This document shows positions 1-10,952 of a stretch of DNA of 64,000 bases, one piece after another. The position numbers and the translations under genes are program-made. Source of the DNA: Myxococcales bacterium. GTDB lineage: Bacteria; Myxococcota_A; Polyangia; Polyangiales; Polyangiaceae. The stretch covers positions 1 through 64,000 of the forward strand of contig JAYTOU010000086.1 in the NCBI GenBank assembly GCA_043747615.1, read 5' to 3'. Below the pieces are notes generated by a model, which was given only the letters and a program-made list of their open reading frames with translations, made no database searches and was not told the origin of the DNA. The number at the start of each line of letters is the position of its first letter. Position 1 is the stretch's first letter.

Positions 1-463
1 CGTATGTAGCGTCCTCTGAGCCGCTTCCTTGCGGCAGAGCGACGGTGAAGGCACGCGCGCGATCAAGCTTGATCCAGAAGCGTCGCCCCTGAAATCCCGG
101 CGCGGAGATCTCGAGCATCTCCGGGGTCTTCGAGGCGACGACGTCGCTGTGGTAGGGCAGGACGAGGCTCTGCCCGCGCAGGAGCAGCTTGGCCTGCGGC
201 GCAACGGACTGGACGAGGAGATCTACCGGCGGGTCTGCTGGCGGCTTCGGTGGGGCGTTCACCGGTGTCGCCGGGATCTCCGTGGTCGCCTTGGTGCGCA
301 CGACCCACGCTACCCCCGCTCCAATGATCCCGAACGCGGCGAGTCCGCAGACCGCCCAGAACACGGGGGTCGGCTCGGGCGGGCGAGGCCTGCTCGGTCG
401 CCGGTGGCGCGACGATTTGCCGGAACGCTGCGTGCTCTGGCTTGGCGCTTCGGGCTTCCCCAT
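1..463 (-). CDS. Single-pass membrane protein with Pro-rich linker and PEGA-like C-terminal domain (partial, runs off window start)
   Basis: Not in the ORF track because it has no stop in the window. Manual translation from ATG 463, preceded by GGGAGGGAAC: MGKPEAPSQ...PVFWAVCGLAAFGIIGAGVAWVV (TM)...PPVDLLVQSVAPQAKLLLRG...LEISAPGFQGRRFWIKLD, open to position 1. Confidence 0.65.
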   Translation of the reverse strand, partial: MGKPEAPSQSTQRSGKSSRHRRPSRPRPPEPTPVFWAVCGLAAFGIIGAGVAWVVRTKATTEIPATPVNAPPKPPADPPVDLLVQSVAPQAKLLLRGQSLVLPYHSDVVASKTPEMLEISAPGFQGRRFWIKLDRARAFTVALPQGSGSEDATY

Positions 464-489
464 GTTCCCTCCCACGTCGCTGCGACGCC

Positions 490-513
490 AAGGCTACCTC
501 CGAAGGTCGCCTT
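490..513 (-). terminator. Hairpin just downstream of tRNA-Phe (possible weak terminator or processing stem)
   Basis: AAGGC-T-ACCT-CCGA-AGGT-C-GCCTT inverted repeat; no good U-tract on the tRNA strand. Confidence 0.3.
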
Positions 514-539
514 TGTGGTGCTCGATGTGAATAACGTCG

Positions 540-612
540 TGCCCAGAGACAGAATCGAACTGCCGACACGGGGATTTTCAATCCCCTGCTCTACCAACTG
601 AGCTATCTGGGC
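540..612 (-). tRNA. tRNA-Phe(GAA)
   Basis: Reverse complement GCCCAGATAGCTCAGTTGGTAGAGCAGGGGATTGAAAATCCCCGTGTCGGCAGTTCGATTCTGTCTCTGGGCA folds as a cloverleaf; anticodon arm GGGGA-TTGAAAA-TCCCC; followed by CGA, not CCA. Confidence 0.97.
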
Positions 613-790
613 CCCCCTCGGCCTTGCGGCTAGAGGCGCATGACGAATGCCCGAGAGGGTTCGTTGTTGTCAAGCGAGGGATCGAGGGCGGGACCAACTT
701 TGCGTCACGAGAAACGGTCATGGTACGTTCGACACGGGGAATTTGACCGCTTCCGTGCAGCAATGCGCGTCGTTGGGTTGCCCAACCCGC

Positions 791-2836
791 ATGGCCCTGA
801 CCGATCCCCTCGCACTCGTCGGAACCACGGTCGCGCAGAAGTACGCGGTCCAGGAGGTGGTTGGAGAGGGCGGATACGCCGTGGTTTACCGCGCGACACA
901 CCTGATCTGGAAGCGCCCGGTCGCCATCAAGGCGTTCAAGGGCCTCGCGGGTTTCTCCGCGGAAGACCGCGAGCGGCTGCTCGACGGATTCATTCAAGAA
1001 GGCTCTCTCCTCGCGGATCTCTCCGAGCGGTCGGCGGCCATCTGCCAGGCGCGCGACGTCGGGACGCTGACGACTCCGAACGGCGACGTGGTCCCCTACA
1101 TGGTGCTCGAGTGGCTCGAGGGCTCAACGCTGGAAGCCGTTCTGCGCGACGAGATTGCCCGCAAGCTTCCCATGCGCACCCTCCTGGAAACGGTGGCGCT
1201 CCTCGAGCCCGTGGCCGAAGGGCTCGCGCTCGCCCATCGCAAGGGCATCGCTCACCGCGACATGAAGCCGGGAAACATTTTTATCCTCGGTGACCCGCGC
1301 AGCGCTTCGTACACCGTCAAGCTTCTGGACTTCGGGATCGCCAAGGTCGTGCAGAACGCTCAAAAATTGGCGGGCTCCTTCGCCACGACGAGCGGAGAAG
1401 TCACCTCGTTCACTCCGTGCTACGGGGCGCCCGAACAATTTTCGCGCACCTACGGACCGACGGGACCGTGGACAGACGTTTTCGCGCTGGCGCTTATCTT
1501 GGTCGAAGTGCTCACCGGGAAGGAGCCGCTCCCCGGCGACAACCTCGTGCAGATGGGGTACGCGTCGTCGGACACGCAGGTGCGGCCGACCCCGCGCACC
1601 GTCGGCGCCGAGGTCACGGACGACGTGGAGAGCTGCTTCAGGCGCGCGCTCGCCGTGCTGCCGACGGAGCGTTTTCCCACCGTCGGAGACTTCTGGAACG
1701 AGCTCCGTTCGGCGTGTCTTCTCGAGCCGATGCGGGGCGTCAACAGCTCCACCGCGCTACGCATGGTGCCCGCGAGCGCGCCGGGCTCGCTGCTCTCTCA
1801 ACGAGAATTCTCGCCCGCGCAGCAGAGCACAGTGGGAGTGACTGGACCGCAGCCCGAAGGCCCCCGAGAAACTAAGAAACGCTCGACCGCGCTGTACGCC
1901 GTTGGCATCGCCGTCCCGCTGCTCGTCATCGTCGCCGGCGGCTTGATATACATCAACACCAAGAGCCCTCCGGTGATCAACGTCGTCACGCCCGTAGCGA
2001 GCACCCCGGCGCCTCCTGCGATTGCCGAGCCTCCAGCGTGCCAGAAGGGGATGAACCGAATTCCCGCGGGCAACTTCTTCATGGGATCCGACGACAAGGA
2101 CGATCTCGACTTCGAGCGCCCCGCGCACAAGGTCAGCGTCACTGAGTTTTGCATCGACGAGTTCGAGGTAACGACCGAGGCCTACAAAGCCGCGAGCGAC
2201 GAGGGGAGCGCCAAGCGCGCCGGCTCGACGAACGACTGGGTAGATATCTCGGCTGCCGACCACAAAGCCTTCGATCCTCTTTGCAACATCCGAGCGCCCG
2301 AAGTTCGCGCACGGCACCCGATTAATTGCGTGACGTGGGAGATGGCCGACGTCTTCTGCAAGGCCAAGAAGAAGCGCCTGCCAACCGAGGCCGAGTGGGA
2401 ATACGCGGCGCGCGGTCCCGACGGACGAAAATTTCCCTGGGGCGACGCGCTACCCTCCGCAAGCTTCCTGAACGCGTGCGGCAAAGAGTGTGTGGCGTGG
2501 GGGAAGAAGAATCACCAGGAAGAGTCGGCGATGTACCCGGATGACGACGGCTTCGCGACGACGGCGCCAGTTGGCTCCTTCCCCGCCGGCAAATCGCGCT
2601 ACGGGGTGCAAGACGTGGTCGGCAACGTGTGGGAATGGGTCAGCGACTGGTACGCGCCCTACACCGCCGACGACCAGAAGGACCCCAAGGGTCCGAAGAA
2701 GGGCGAGGCGCGGGTCATCCGCGGTGGATCCTGGAACGGTGCGCAGCCTTCCTGGGTGCGGCCCACGTTCCGTTACCGCGACACGCCGACGAAGCGGAGC
2801 TACGGCATCGGCTTCCGCTGCGCACAAGCCTTGTAG
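791..2836 (+). CDS. Membrane Ser/Thr protein kinase with extracytoplasmic FGE-sulfatase (SUMF1-like) domain
   Basis: GEGGYAVVY, VAIK, HRDMKPGN, DFG, YGAPEQ; TM AVGIAVPLLVIVAGGLIYI; C-terminal HPINCVTW, RLPTEAEWEYAARG, DVVGNVWEW, RGGSW, GFRCA. Confidence 0.92.
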   Translation: MALTDPLALVGTTVAQKYAVQEVVGEGGYAVVYRATHLIWKRPVAIKAFKGLAGFSAEDRERLLDGFIQEGSLLADLSERSAAICQARDVGTLTTPNGDVVPYMVLEWLEGSTLEAVLRDEIARKLPMRTLLETVALLEPVAEGLALAHRKGIAHRDMKPGNIFILGDPRSASYTVKLLDFGIAKVVQNAQKLAGSFATTSGEVTSFTPCYGAPEQFSRTYGPTGPWTDVFALALILVEVLTGKEPLPGDNLVQMGYASSDTQVRPTPRTVGAEVTDDVESCFRRALAVLPTERFPTVGDFWNELRSACLLEPMRGVNSSTALRMVPASAPGSLLSQREFSPAQQSTVGVTGPQPEGPRETKKRSTALYAVGIAVPLLVIVAGGLIYINTKSPPVINVVTPVASTPAPPAIAEPPACQKGMNRIPAGNFFMGSDDKDDLDFERPAHKVSVTEFCIDEFEVTTEAYKAASDEGSAKRAGSTNDWVDISAADHKAFDPLCNIRAPEVRARHPINCVTWEMADVFCKAKKKRLPTEAEWEYAARGPDGRKFPWGDALPSASFLNACGKECVAWGKKNHQEESAMYPDDDGFATTAPVGSFPAGKSRYGVQDVVGNVWEWVSDWYAPYTADDQKDPKGPKKGEARVIRGGSWNGAQPSWVRPTFRYRDTPTKRSYGIGFRCAQAL

Positions 2837-4303
<1,467 letters not shown>

Positions 4304-4310
4304 CCCGCCC

Positions 4311-4886
4311 ATGGCATCGACTCTCCGAAGTCTGGGGAATTTGGCTCTCGTTTTCATCGCCTTCGGCTGCGGGCGAAATGCGAACACGGCCGTTCCCGCG
4401 AGCGTCGATGCCGGTGCCGTGACTGCCGCGATGCTCGTGCGTCCCGCGGAGGTCGACGACTTGTGGACGCGGGCTGCGGCAGGGGAGGCCGACGATCTGG
4501 CCCGCCTCGCGAACCGTGAGGGCACGACGGGACTCATCGAGCGCGGGGGCGAACCCGCGTTTCGAAAGACGGCGATCCTTGCCCTGACGTACGCCGACGG
4601 CTACGACGCGCTCCCTTTCCTCGGAGAGGTCGCGGGCGGTACGGACGAAGCGAACGCGCTCCTGGCCGCGCAGACAGCCGTCGACATTGCCTCGCGCCCG
4701 CGCCGCTCGGTGGATCCCGAGGACGCCCTCGAAGTGCGCGAGGGCTGCGATCGTCTCCTCGCGATCGCGAAACAGACCGAGAAACCGAGGCGTTTGCGGG
4801 TCGCTCTCGTGCGTGCTCTTCGGATGTTCGCGGACCTCGGCTTCGTGAAGCCGGCGGACATCCCGACCGACGTCGACGCGCACTAA
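4311..4886 (+). CDS. Hypothetical lipoprotein (helical, HEAT-like)
   Basis: Signal peptide with lipobox FIAFG-C; starts 7 nt after the thiC stop. Confidence 0.65.
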   Translation: MASTLRSLGNLALVFIAFGCGRNANTAVPASVDAGAVTAAMLVRPAEVDDLWTRAAAGEADDLARLANREGTTGLIERGGEPAFRKTAILALTYADGYDALPFLGEVAGGTDEANALLAAQTAVDIASRPRRSVDPEDALEVREGCDRLLAIAKQTEKPRRLRVALVRALRMFADLGFVKPADIPTDVDAH

Positions 4887-4950
4887 GGGATATGCCGCCT
4901 GATGTTCATCAACCGGCACAGGCTCCTGAAGGTCGGCTAGCCTGCCACAG

Positions 4951-6033
4951 ATGACCGACCCCCTCTCCCTGCGCTCCGGGAACGTCTACTCGAACGAAGC
5001 ATACCTGACGCAGCTCCTCGCCAAAGCCGTTGCGGCCAAAGCAAGCGACGTGCATCTCAAGGTCGGGCAGCCACCGGGCGCGCGCGTTCGCGGATCACTC
5101 GTGTTCTTTCGGGCCGAAGCGCTGCGCGGGGAGGACACGGAGCACCTCGCGCGTCACTTGATCCGTGAGCCGCAGATCAAAGACAACCTTGCGTCGCTCC
5201 GTGAATACGATGCAGCGTACGAGGCGCCAGGCGTCGGCCGTTTCCGGGTCAACATCTACCGACAGAAGGGAACCCTCGCCATCGTGATGCGCGCGATTCC
5301 GCTCGTGATCCCCACCTTCGCGGAGCTCGGCGCCCCCGCTGCGTGCCTCGATCTTGCCGAAAAAGATCGCGGTCTCGTGCTCGTCGTCGGCGCCGCAGGC
5401 AACGGAAAGAGCTCCACCCTGGCCGCGATGATCGGTCACCTGAATCACACCCAGTCGCTGCACATCGTCACCATCGAGGACCCGGTCGAGTTCCTCCACA
5501 CGGACGACAAGTGCAGCATCAGTCAGCGCGAGCTCGGGATCGACACCGGCTCTTTTGCGGATGCCCTGCGTGCGGCCCTCCGCCAGGACCCGGACGTGAT
5601 CTTGGTCGGTGAAATCCGCGACGAGGTGACCCTCGACATCGCCCTAAAAGCCGCAGAAACAGGGCACTTGGTGCTCTCGACGCTGCACACGCCCGACGTC
5701 GGCCGCACGGTCGGACGTATGCTCGCCCTAGCTCCGAACCAGCAGGGTGACGAGATGCGCGAGCGGATCGGTGATGCCCTTCAGGGGATTGTTGCCCAGC
5801 GACTCCTGCCAAAAAAAGACGGCAACGGTCTAGTGCTCGCCGCCGAGGTTCTGGTGGCCACGGGGACGGTGCGCGAGGCGATCAAGCGCCCCAACAACAA
5901 CCCGTCCATCAAGGAGCTGATGGAAAAAGGGACCCACCCGTACGGGATGCAGACCTTCGAGATGCACCTGAAGCAGCTGGCGATCAGCGGGGCCCTCGAC
6001 AAGGACGTCGCTCGCGTCGCTGCTGGATTTTGA
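4951..6033 (+). CDS. pilT: PilT/PilU-family type IV pilus retraction-type ATPase (paralog)
   Basis: ASDVHLKVG, GRFRVNIY, Walker A GAAGNGKSST, TIEDPVEF, ALRQDPDVILVGEIRD, AAETGHLVLSTLHT, GMQTFE. Confidence 0.88.
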   Translation: MTDPLSLRSGNVYSNEAYLTQLLAKAVAAKASDVHLKVGQPPGARVRGSLVFFRAEALRGEDTEHLARHLIREPQIKDNLASLREYDAAYEAPGVGRFRVNIYRQKGTLAIVMRAIPLVIPTFAELGAPAACLDLAEKDRGLVLVVGAAGNGKSSTLAAMIGHLNHTQSLHIVTIEDPVEFLHTDDKCSISQRELGIDTGSFADALRAALRQDPDVILVGEIRDEVTLDIALKAAETGHLVLSTLHTPDVGRTVGRMLALAPNQQGDEMRERIGDALQGIVAQRLLPKKDGNGLVLAAEVLVATGTVREAIKRPNNNPSIKELMEKGTHPYGMQTFEMHLKQLAISGALDKDVARVAAGF

Positions 6034-6063
6034 CCGGATCGTTGGCCGCGATTTGCCTTTTTT

Positions 6064-6079
6064 TGGCGGAGAATTTGCT
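6064..6079 (+). promoter_or_regulatory. Candidate sigma-54 (-24/-12) promoter for the 5'-nucleotidase-like gene
   Basis: TGGCGGAGAATTTGCT has the GG-N10-GC spacing of TGGCACG-N4-TTGCW; intergenic, 56 nt before the ATG. Confidence 0.45.
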
Positions 6080-6135
6080 GAAAAGTTGCGCGCGCGAAAC
6101 CGAGACGTAACGTTCATAGACGAGGATCTCGTTCC

Positions 6136-7695
6136 ATGAGTCGGTTGGAGAAGCTCACGCTTCCGGGTTTGCTTGCGGCTTGGTTGCTCTCGTCGTGCGC
6201 AGGGCGCGCCGACCGCGGAACGCCTGCCGTCGAGGCCCCTAGTGGGGTTGCCGACCTTCGCGTGCCCGAGCCGCCGCGGCCGCTCGAAGCGCCGCCGGTC
6301 GCTTCGGTGAGGCGCCTCGGAACGTGCGACGAGATCGACGGGGTCTCGCGATTCACCCTAGCCCACATCAACGATTTTCAGGCGCGCTACAGCGACCGGA
6401 TTGTGGGCAAGAGTCGTTATGGATACGTGGCGGGATATCTCCGAGGACTCAAAACGAAAACGCCCGAGACGCTGATCCTCGACGCGGGGGACGACTACGA
6501 AAAAGGCTCGATCGCCGAGCTCCGCTCGATGGGCGAGTCGACGCGCCTCATGATCCAAGCTCTCCCGATCGACGTGCGGACGATCGGAAATCACGACTTC
6601 GCGTACGGAGCAGCGACGGTCCTCCGCGACGTGCGCTTGAGCGCGCATCCCGTGTTGGCCGCGAACGTCAGCGTGGACGGAGAGCGATCCCCGTTCGCTC
6701 CCTACGCGCGGCTCGACGTGGGCTGCGTGCGCGTGGGTATCGTTGGCCTGGTCACGGGTAACTACGGCGCGGACGACATGCCTTCGACGGACGCGTTCGA
6801 CGGCGTCTTCGTTCACGACGCGCACTACGCGAGCATCCTCCAGGCGCAGGTCCTCGCCCATCGCGCGGAGGTCGACGTGATGATCGCGCTGGATCACCTC
6901 GGATTGTGGGAGGACGTTGCCCTGGTGGGCAAGGTGTCGGGCGTCGACCTCGTCGTCGGCGGTCACTCCGAAGACACGGTAAAACAGCCCTATTGGGTCT
7001 CTCGCAAGGACGGCTCACACGCATGGGTCCTGCAGGCCGGGCACTTCGCAGAGAGTGTGGGCCGCGCGGACTTCGCCTTTCACCGCAAAGAGAAATCTCT
7101 CTCGCTCGCGAGCTACGCCATCGTCAAGGTCGACGGCTCGCTCCCGTACGCCGAGGATGTGGGCGACCTAGCGGCCACCCTCGAAGATGAGCACGCGCCG
7201 GATGCGCACTACCCGCTCGCTGTACTTCGCGGCGACGTTCCCCAGGGCAAGGGGATGACTGATCTGCTGTGGCGCGCGGTGAGCGAGAGCTGGGGCATCG
7301 ATGCGCTCATCGTCGGAAAGGATCTCTTCTGGGACAAGCTTCACGCCGGCCCGGTCACCCTCCAAGCGCTCTACGACGCGACCCTCGTGCAGCGCGAGCC
7401 CGCGGGCACCTCCGGATTCTCATCGCTCCACGTGATCTCGCTCACCGGTGCCGAGCTCACTGCGGCTCGGGAAAAGCTGCGGATCGGGCCTGTCTACGCG
7501 TTCTATGGGCCCGTCGCGATCGCGCCCGAACGCACGTACCGCGTGGCGATCGAGAAGCGTGCTCTCACGTACCCCAAGCTGGCGTTCTATCCCGGCGTTC
7601 GTGATTTTCCGAAGTCGCGCTTTCTAGGTGAGATGATTGATGCCCTCGAGCCGTACGCCCGCTCGCGCACCGCGCGCGGCCTCAGCCTTGACTGA
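6136..7695 (+). CDS. Bifunctional metallophosphoesterase/5'-nucleotidase family lipoprotein
   Basis: Lipobox LLSS-C; calcineurin-like motifs HINDFQ, LDAGDD, GNHDF, DHLG, GGHSE; 5'-NT C-terminal-like region. Confidence 0.85.
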   Translation: MSRLEKLTLPGLLAAWLLSSCAGRADRGTPAVEAPSGVADLRVPEPPRPLEAPPVASVRRLGTCDEIDGVSRFTLAHINDFQARYSDRIVGKSRYGYVAGYLRGLKTKTPETLILDAGDDYEKGSIAELRSMGESTRLMIQALPIDVRTIGNHDFAYGAATVLRDVRLSAHPVLAANVSVDGERSPFAPYARLDVGCVRVGIVGLVTGNYGADDMPSTDAFDGVFVHDAHYASILQAQVLAHRAEVDVMIALDHLGLWEDVALVGKVSGVDLVVGGHSEDTVKQPYWVSRKDGSHAWVLQAGHFAESVGRADFAFHRKEKSLSLASYAIVKVDGSLPYAEDVGDLAATLEDEHAPDAHYPLAVLRGDVPQGKGMTDLLWRAVSESWGIDALIVGKDLFWDKLHAGPVTLQALYDATLVQREPAGTSGFSSLHVISLTGAELTAAREKLRIGPVYAFYGPVAIAPERTYRVAIEKRALTYPKLAFYPGVRDFPKSRFLGEMIDALEPYARSRTARGLSLD

Positions 7696-8065
7696 GCACC
7701 CAGGCGACAGCGGCGTCGAGCTCCGCAGGCTTCGCGAAAACAGGCCCCACCAGCTTCGCGCGTGAGACCGCGTTCACGTCTGCGTCGGCCGTGAAGAAGG
7801 CGATCGCCAACGCCGGGGTCTTCTTCCGTAGAACGTGAGCGAGATCGATCCCCGACCCATCGCCAAGGTCGAGATCGAGGAGAGCTGCTCGCGCGCCCGA
7901 TGCATCCACCGCACACCCCGAGGAGAAGCTGTCCGCCTCGATGACGGCGCACCCGGCGGCCTTTAGTCGGCCAGCGATCACCCGACGATTGAGGGCAGAA
8001 TCGTCGACGAGGAGGAGGGTCAGCGCCGCCTTCTCCAATGTGCTCACTCCCTTACGATGCTCCAT
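7682..8065 (-). CDS. Single-domain response regulator (receiver)
   Basis: LLLVDDS, ALLDLDLGDGSG, FFTA, AKP; start uncertain. Confidence 0.82.
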   Translation of the reverse strand: MEHRKGVSTLEKAALTLLLVDDSALNRRVIAGRLKAAGCAVIEADSFSSGCAVDASGARAALLDLDLGDGSGIDLAHVLRKKTPALAIAFFTADADVNAVSRAKLVGPVFAKPAELDAAVAWVLSQG

Positions 8066-8186
8066 AAATGGTCCGCGGTGCTTCGAAACGAGGCTCCCCC
8101 TCCGGGCCTGCTTCGATGGATCCGCCCAATGCCCCAGCAAATTTAGGGCAACTTCGGTGGCGACACCTTCGCAAAAAGGGTGAGCC

Positions 8187-8375
8187 ATGGGCAAGCAAGA
8201 ACGGGTGGAAGGCCTCGAGGTTCGCTTCGGGGGCATTCGTGGGAGCAGTCCCCCCTTCCTCGACACCGCCGAACCAGGGGTCACCCTCCGCGGGTCCTTC
8301 AACCGCATCATCGGTCGAAGCCCGGAGCTCGCTGCCGTCTACGAGCGGGTGGCTCTCGCCGCCCAGACCGACGCT
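8187..8375 (+). pseudogene. Remnant of a sigma-54 enhancer-binding protein, in frame with bioB
   Basis: [26 protein letters not shown] is the typical lead-in to the bEBP AAA+ domain; similarity breaks just before the expected VLIxGESGTGKE Walker A. Confidence 0.6.
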
Positions 8376-8432
8376 AAAAATAGGTCTAAACACCATCGCC
8401 CGGATCCTCAAAGCGGATTAGTCTCGCCCGCG

Positions 8433-9386
8433 ATGAAGTCTCCGCTCTTCGCCCGCGAGTTCGTTCGCGCTCTCTACGACAGACCGCTTCTTCCGCTGAT
8501 CGATCAAGCGCGCAAGGTGCACCTCGAGCATCACGCCGACAACGAGGTGCAGCTGTGCACGCTCCTCAGCGTGAAGACGGGCGGCTGCGCGGAAGACTGC
8601 TCGTACTGTCCCCAATCGAGCAAGTACACAACGGACGTCGAGCCGGAAAAGATGCTCGACGTGAAGGCGGTGCTCGCGAGCGCCAAGCGGGCAAAAGAGC
8701 TCGGCTCGACACGCTTCTGCATGGGAGCGGCGTGGCGCGAAGTCAAAGACGGACCGGCGTTCGATCGCGTGCTCGACATGGTGCGCGGCGTAAAAGACCT
8801 GGGTCTCGAAGCGTGCGTGACTCTCGGAATGGTGAACGACGCGCAGGCCGCAAAGCTCAAAGACGCGGGGCTCGATGCGTACAACCACAACCTGGACACC
8901 AGCCGCGAGCACTACCGGTCGATCATCACCACCCGCACCTTCGATGATCGTTTGAAGACGCTCGAGAACGTACGAAACGCCGGAATTACCGTGTGCTCCG
9001 GCGGGATCATCGGAATGGGGGAGAGCGCCGACGACCGCTGCGAGATGCTCCGCACCCTGGCCAATCTCGATCCGCAGCCGGAGAGCGTTCCCATCAACGC
9101 GCTCGTCCCCGTGAAGGGAACACCCCTCGCCGACATGCCCGTCGTCGATCCTCTCGATCTGGTACGCATGATCGCCATCGCCCGGATTCTCATGCCGCTC
9201 GCGCGCGTGCGGCTCTCGGCGGGGCGTACGGCACTCTCTCGCGAAGCGCAGATGTTGTGCATGCTCGCAGGCGCGAATTCGATCTTCTACGGCGAAAAAT
9301 TGCTCACGACGGCGAACCCCGAAGAAGAAGCCGACCTCTCGCTCCTCCGCGACGCAGGCCTCACGGCGATGGCTCCGCGCGCGTAG
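8433..9386 (+). CDS. bioB: Biotin synthase
   Basis: [17 protein letters not shown] radical-SAM CxxxCxx[56 protein letters not shown]. Confidence 0.97.
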   Translation: MKSPLFAREFVRALYDRPLLPLIDQARKVHLEHHADNEVQLCTLLSVKTGGCAEDCSYCPQSSKYTTDVEPEKMLDVKAVLASAKRAKELGSTRFCMGAAWREVKDGPAFDRVLDMVRGVKDLGLEACVTLGMVNDAQAAKLKDAGLDAYNHNLDTSREHYRSIITTRTFDDRLKTLENVRNAGITVCSGGIIGMGESADDRCEMLRTLANLDPQPESVPINALVPVKGTPLADMPVVDPLDLVRMIAIARILMPLARVRLSAGRTALSREAQMLCMLAGANSIFYGEKLLTTANPEEEADLSLLRDAGLTAMAPRA

Positions 9387-9470
9387 AACAAGCTCCCCCG
9401 GCGTCTGAGGCAAGGCCAGCTGCAATGCCGCACCGGCGTCCGAGCAGCTTCAATGGCCCGCTCCTCGTGG

Positions 9471-10952
9471 TCAACGCGATGAAGGCGAAGAAAAAACGGC
9501 GATCGTGAAGACTCGGGAAATTCGTCCCGCACGGAAGGCGGTGCTCCCGTCGAGTTGGGTGATCGCACGATCCGGAAAGACCTTCGAGAGGTCGACCTCG
9601 AAGCGCTTGTCGGTCACGAAAATAATTTTCTCAGCGCTTTGCCAGGAGGCACGCGGGCGCCACACGTCGAAGTCGTCGCGGATGGGCGTCATGCATCCCA
9701 CGCGGTGGGTCGCTCCGAGCGCGGCCTCGAGCTGCGCGCAGATCACCCAGTGCGGACCGACGATGACGGCGTCGTGCTCCTCGGCGGAGATCTGCTCGAC
9801 GGTGGTGAGCGCCTCCGGCCATCCATAAAGCTCGCTCGAGATGTCGAGCTTCGGATCGACGGAGGCCGGAGCGAGACGCGCGACGCTGGGGACGAGCACC
9901 CAGGCGTGGACGAAGGCGGTGATGGCCCCGCCGACAGCGACCGCGGCGATCACCATTCGCTTGGAAATAAGGGTGATCGGACGTCGTGCAGCGTGAATCG
10001 GAAGGACGAGAAGCGCCGGCGCGATCCAGTGCGGCTCGGCCACACGACTCCATAAAGACAGGAGGACGAGCGGCACGAAGGGGACGACGAACGCGTAGTA
10101 GAGAAGGCTGGCGATCGCGTCCTCGTGCCTCTTGCGAAAGAGATCGATCGCGGCCCACCCGGCGAGGATCACGATCACTGGCGAGACGTAAAGGAGCTGA
10201 CCCCCGAGCACAGCGCCCACGTTGCGGAGCGAAGGGCCTGAGCCGACCTGGGTATCGACCAGACGATGCTGAAGCATCGGGAAGCCCGTGCGAGCCTCGA
10301 ACCAGATGATCGGGAAGATGACGATCGCGCCGAGCGAGAGCCCGGCCCAAGGCCAGACCGTTCGGGCGTGTGCCCTCGCCGCAGGAGAAAAATAGGCACA
10401 AACGAGCGCCAGGAAGAGCAGCCCTCCCGGCACCTTCGCAGAGAAAGCGATCCCCGCGAGGAGCCCCGCGCCGACGAAGCAGGCCGCGCTCTCGTTCGAT
10501 GGTGACCTCGCCAAGGCGAGCGCTGCCAGCCCGATCGCGGCGATCCACACGAGCGCGAGGAGGAGATCCGGCGTCATGGCGAAGAGTCCGACCGAGATCT
10601 CCGGGCAGACCGCCACCACCAGCGCTGCGAGGCAGGCCGCGTCCTTCTCCGCTCCCGCAGCCCGTGCGGCGAGCAAGAGCAGCCAGGGGAGAAGCGTGGC
10701 AAGCACCGCGGTGACCTGGTGCGCCGTGTGCGGAGAGGGCGCCGTCCCCGAGCCGATCGTGCGCGCCACGAGGCCGATCAGGCCAGGGTGATCGAGGTAC
10801 GCCGGAGCCGGGTGGAGGGCATACGACGCGTAAAGCGCCTCGCTGTCCCCGAAGCCGACCGCGCTCGCTGCGATGAGGCGTGTCGTGAGGAGCGCGCCGG
10901 ACACGAGCACCAGCCCGAGCAGCGGTAGGCCTAGGCGGTTTTCTTCAGCCAT
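9471..10952 (-). CDS. GT-C fold polytopic glycosyltransferase (ArnT/PMT_2, GT39/GT83-like)
   Basis: DSEALY...YLDHPGL motif, TPDLLL, many TM helices, AEPHW. Confidence 0.82.
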   Translation of the reverse strand: MAEENRLGLPLLGLVLVSGALLTTRLIAASAVGFGDSEALYASYALHPAPAYLDHPGLIGLVARTIGSGTAPSPHTAHQVTAVLATLLPWLLLLAARAAGAEKDAACLAALVVAVCPEISVGLFAMTPDLLLALVWIAAIGLAALALARSPSNESAACFVGAGLLAGIAFSAKVPGGLLFLALVCAYFSPAARAHARTVWPWAGLSLGAIVIFPIIWFEARTGFPMLQHRLVDTQVGSGPSLRNVGAVLGGQLLYVSPVIVILAGWAAIDLFRKRHEDAIASLLYYAFVVPFVPLVLLSLWSRVAEPHWIAPALLVLPIHAARRPITLISKRMVIAAVAVGGAITAFVHAWVLVPSVARLAPASVDPKLDISSELYGWPEALTTVEQISAEEHDAVIVGPHWVICAQLEAALGATHRVGCMTPIRDDFDVWRPRASWQSAEKIIFVTDKRFEVDLSKVFPDRAITQLDGSTAFRAGRISRVFTIAVFSSPSSR

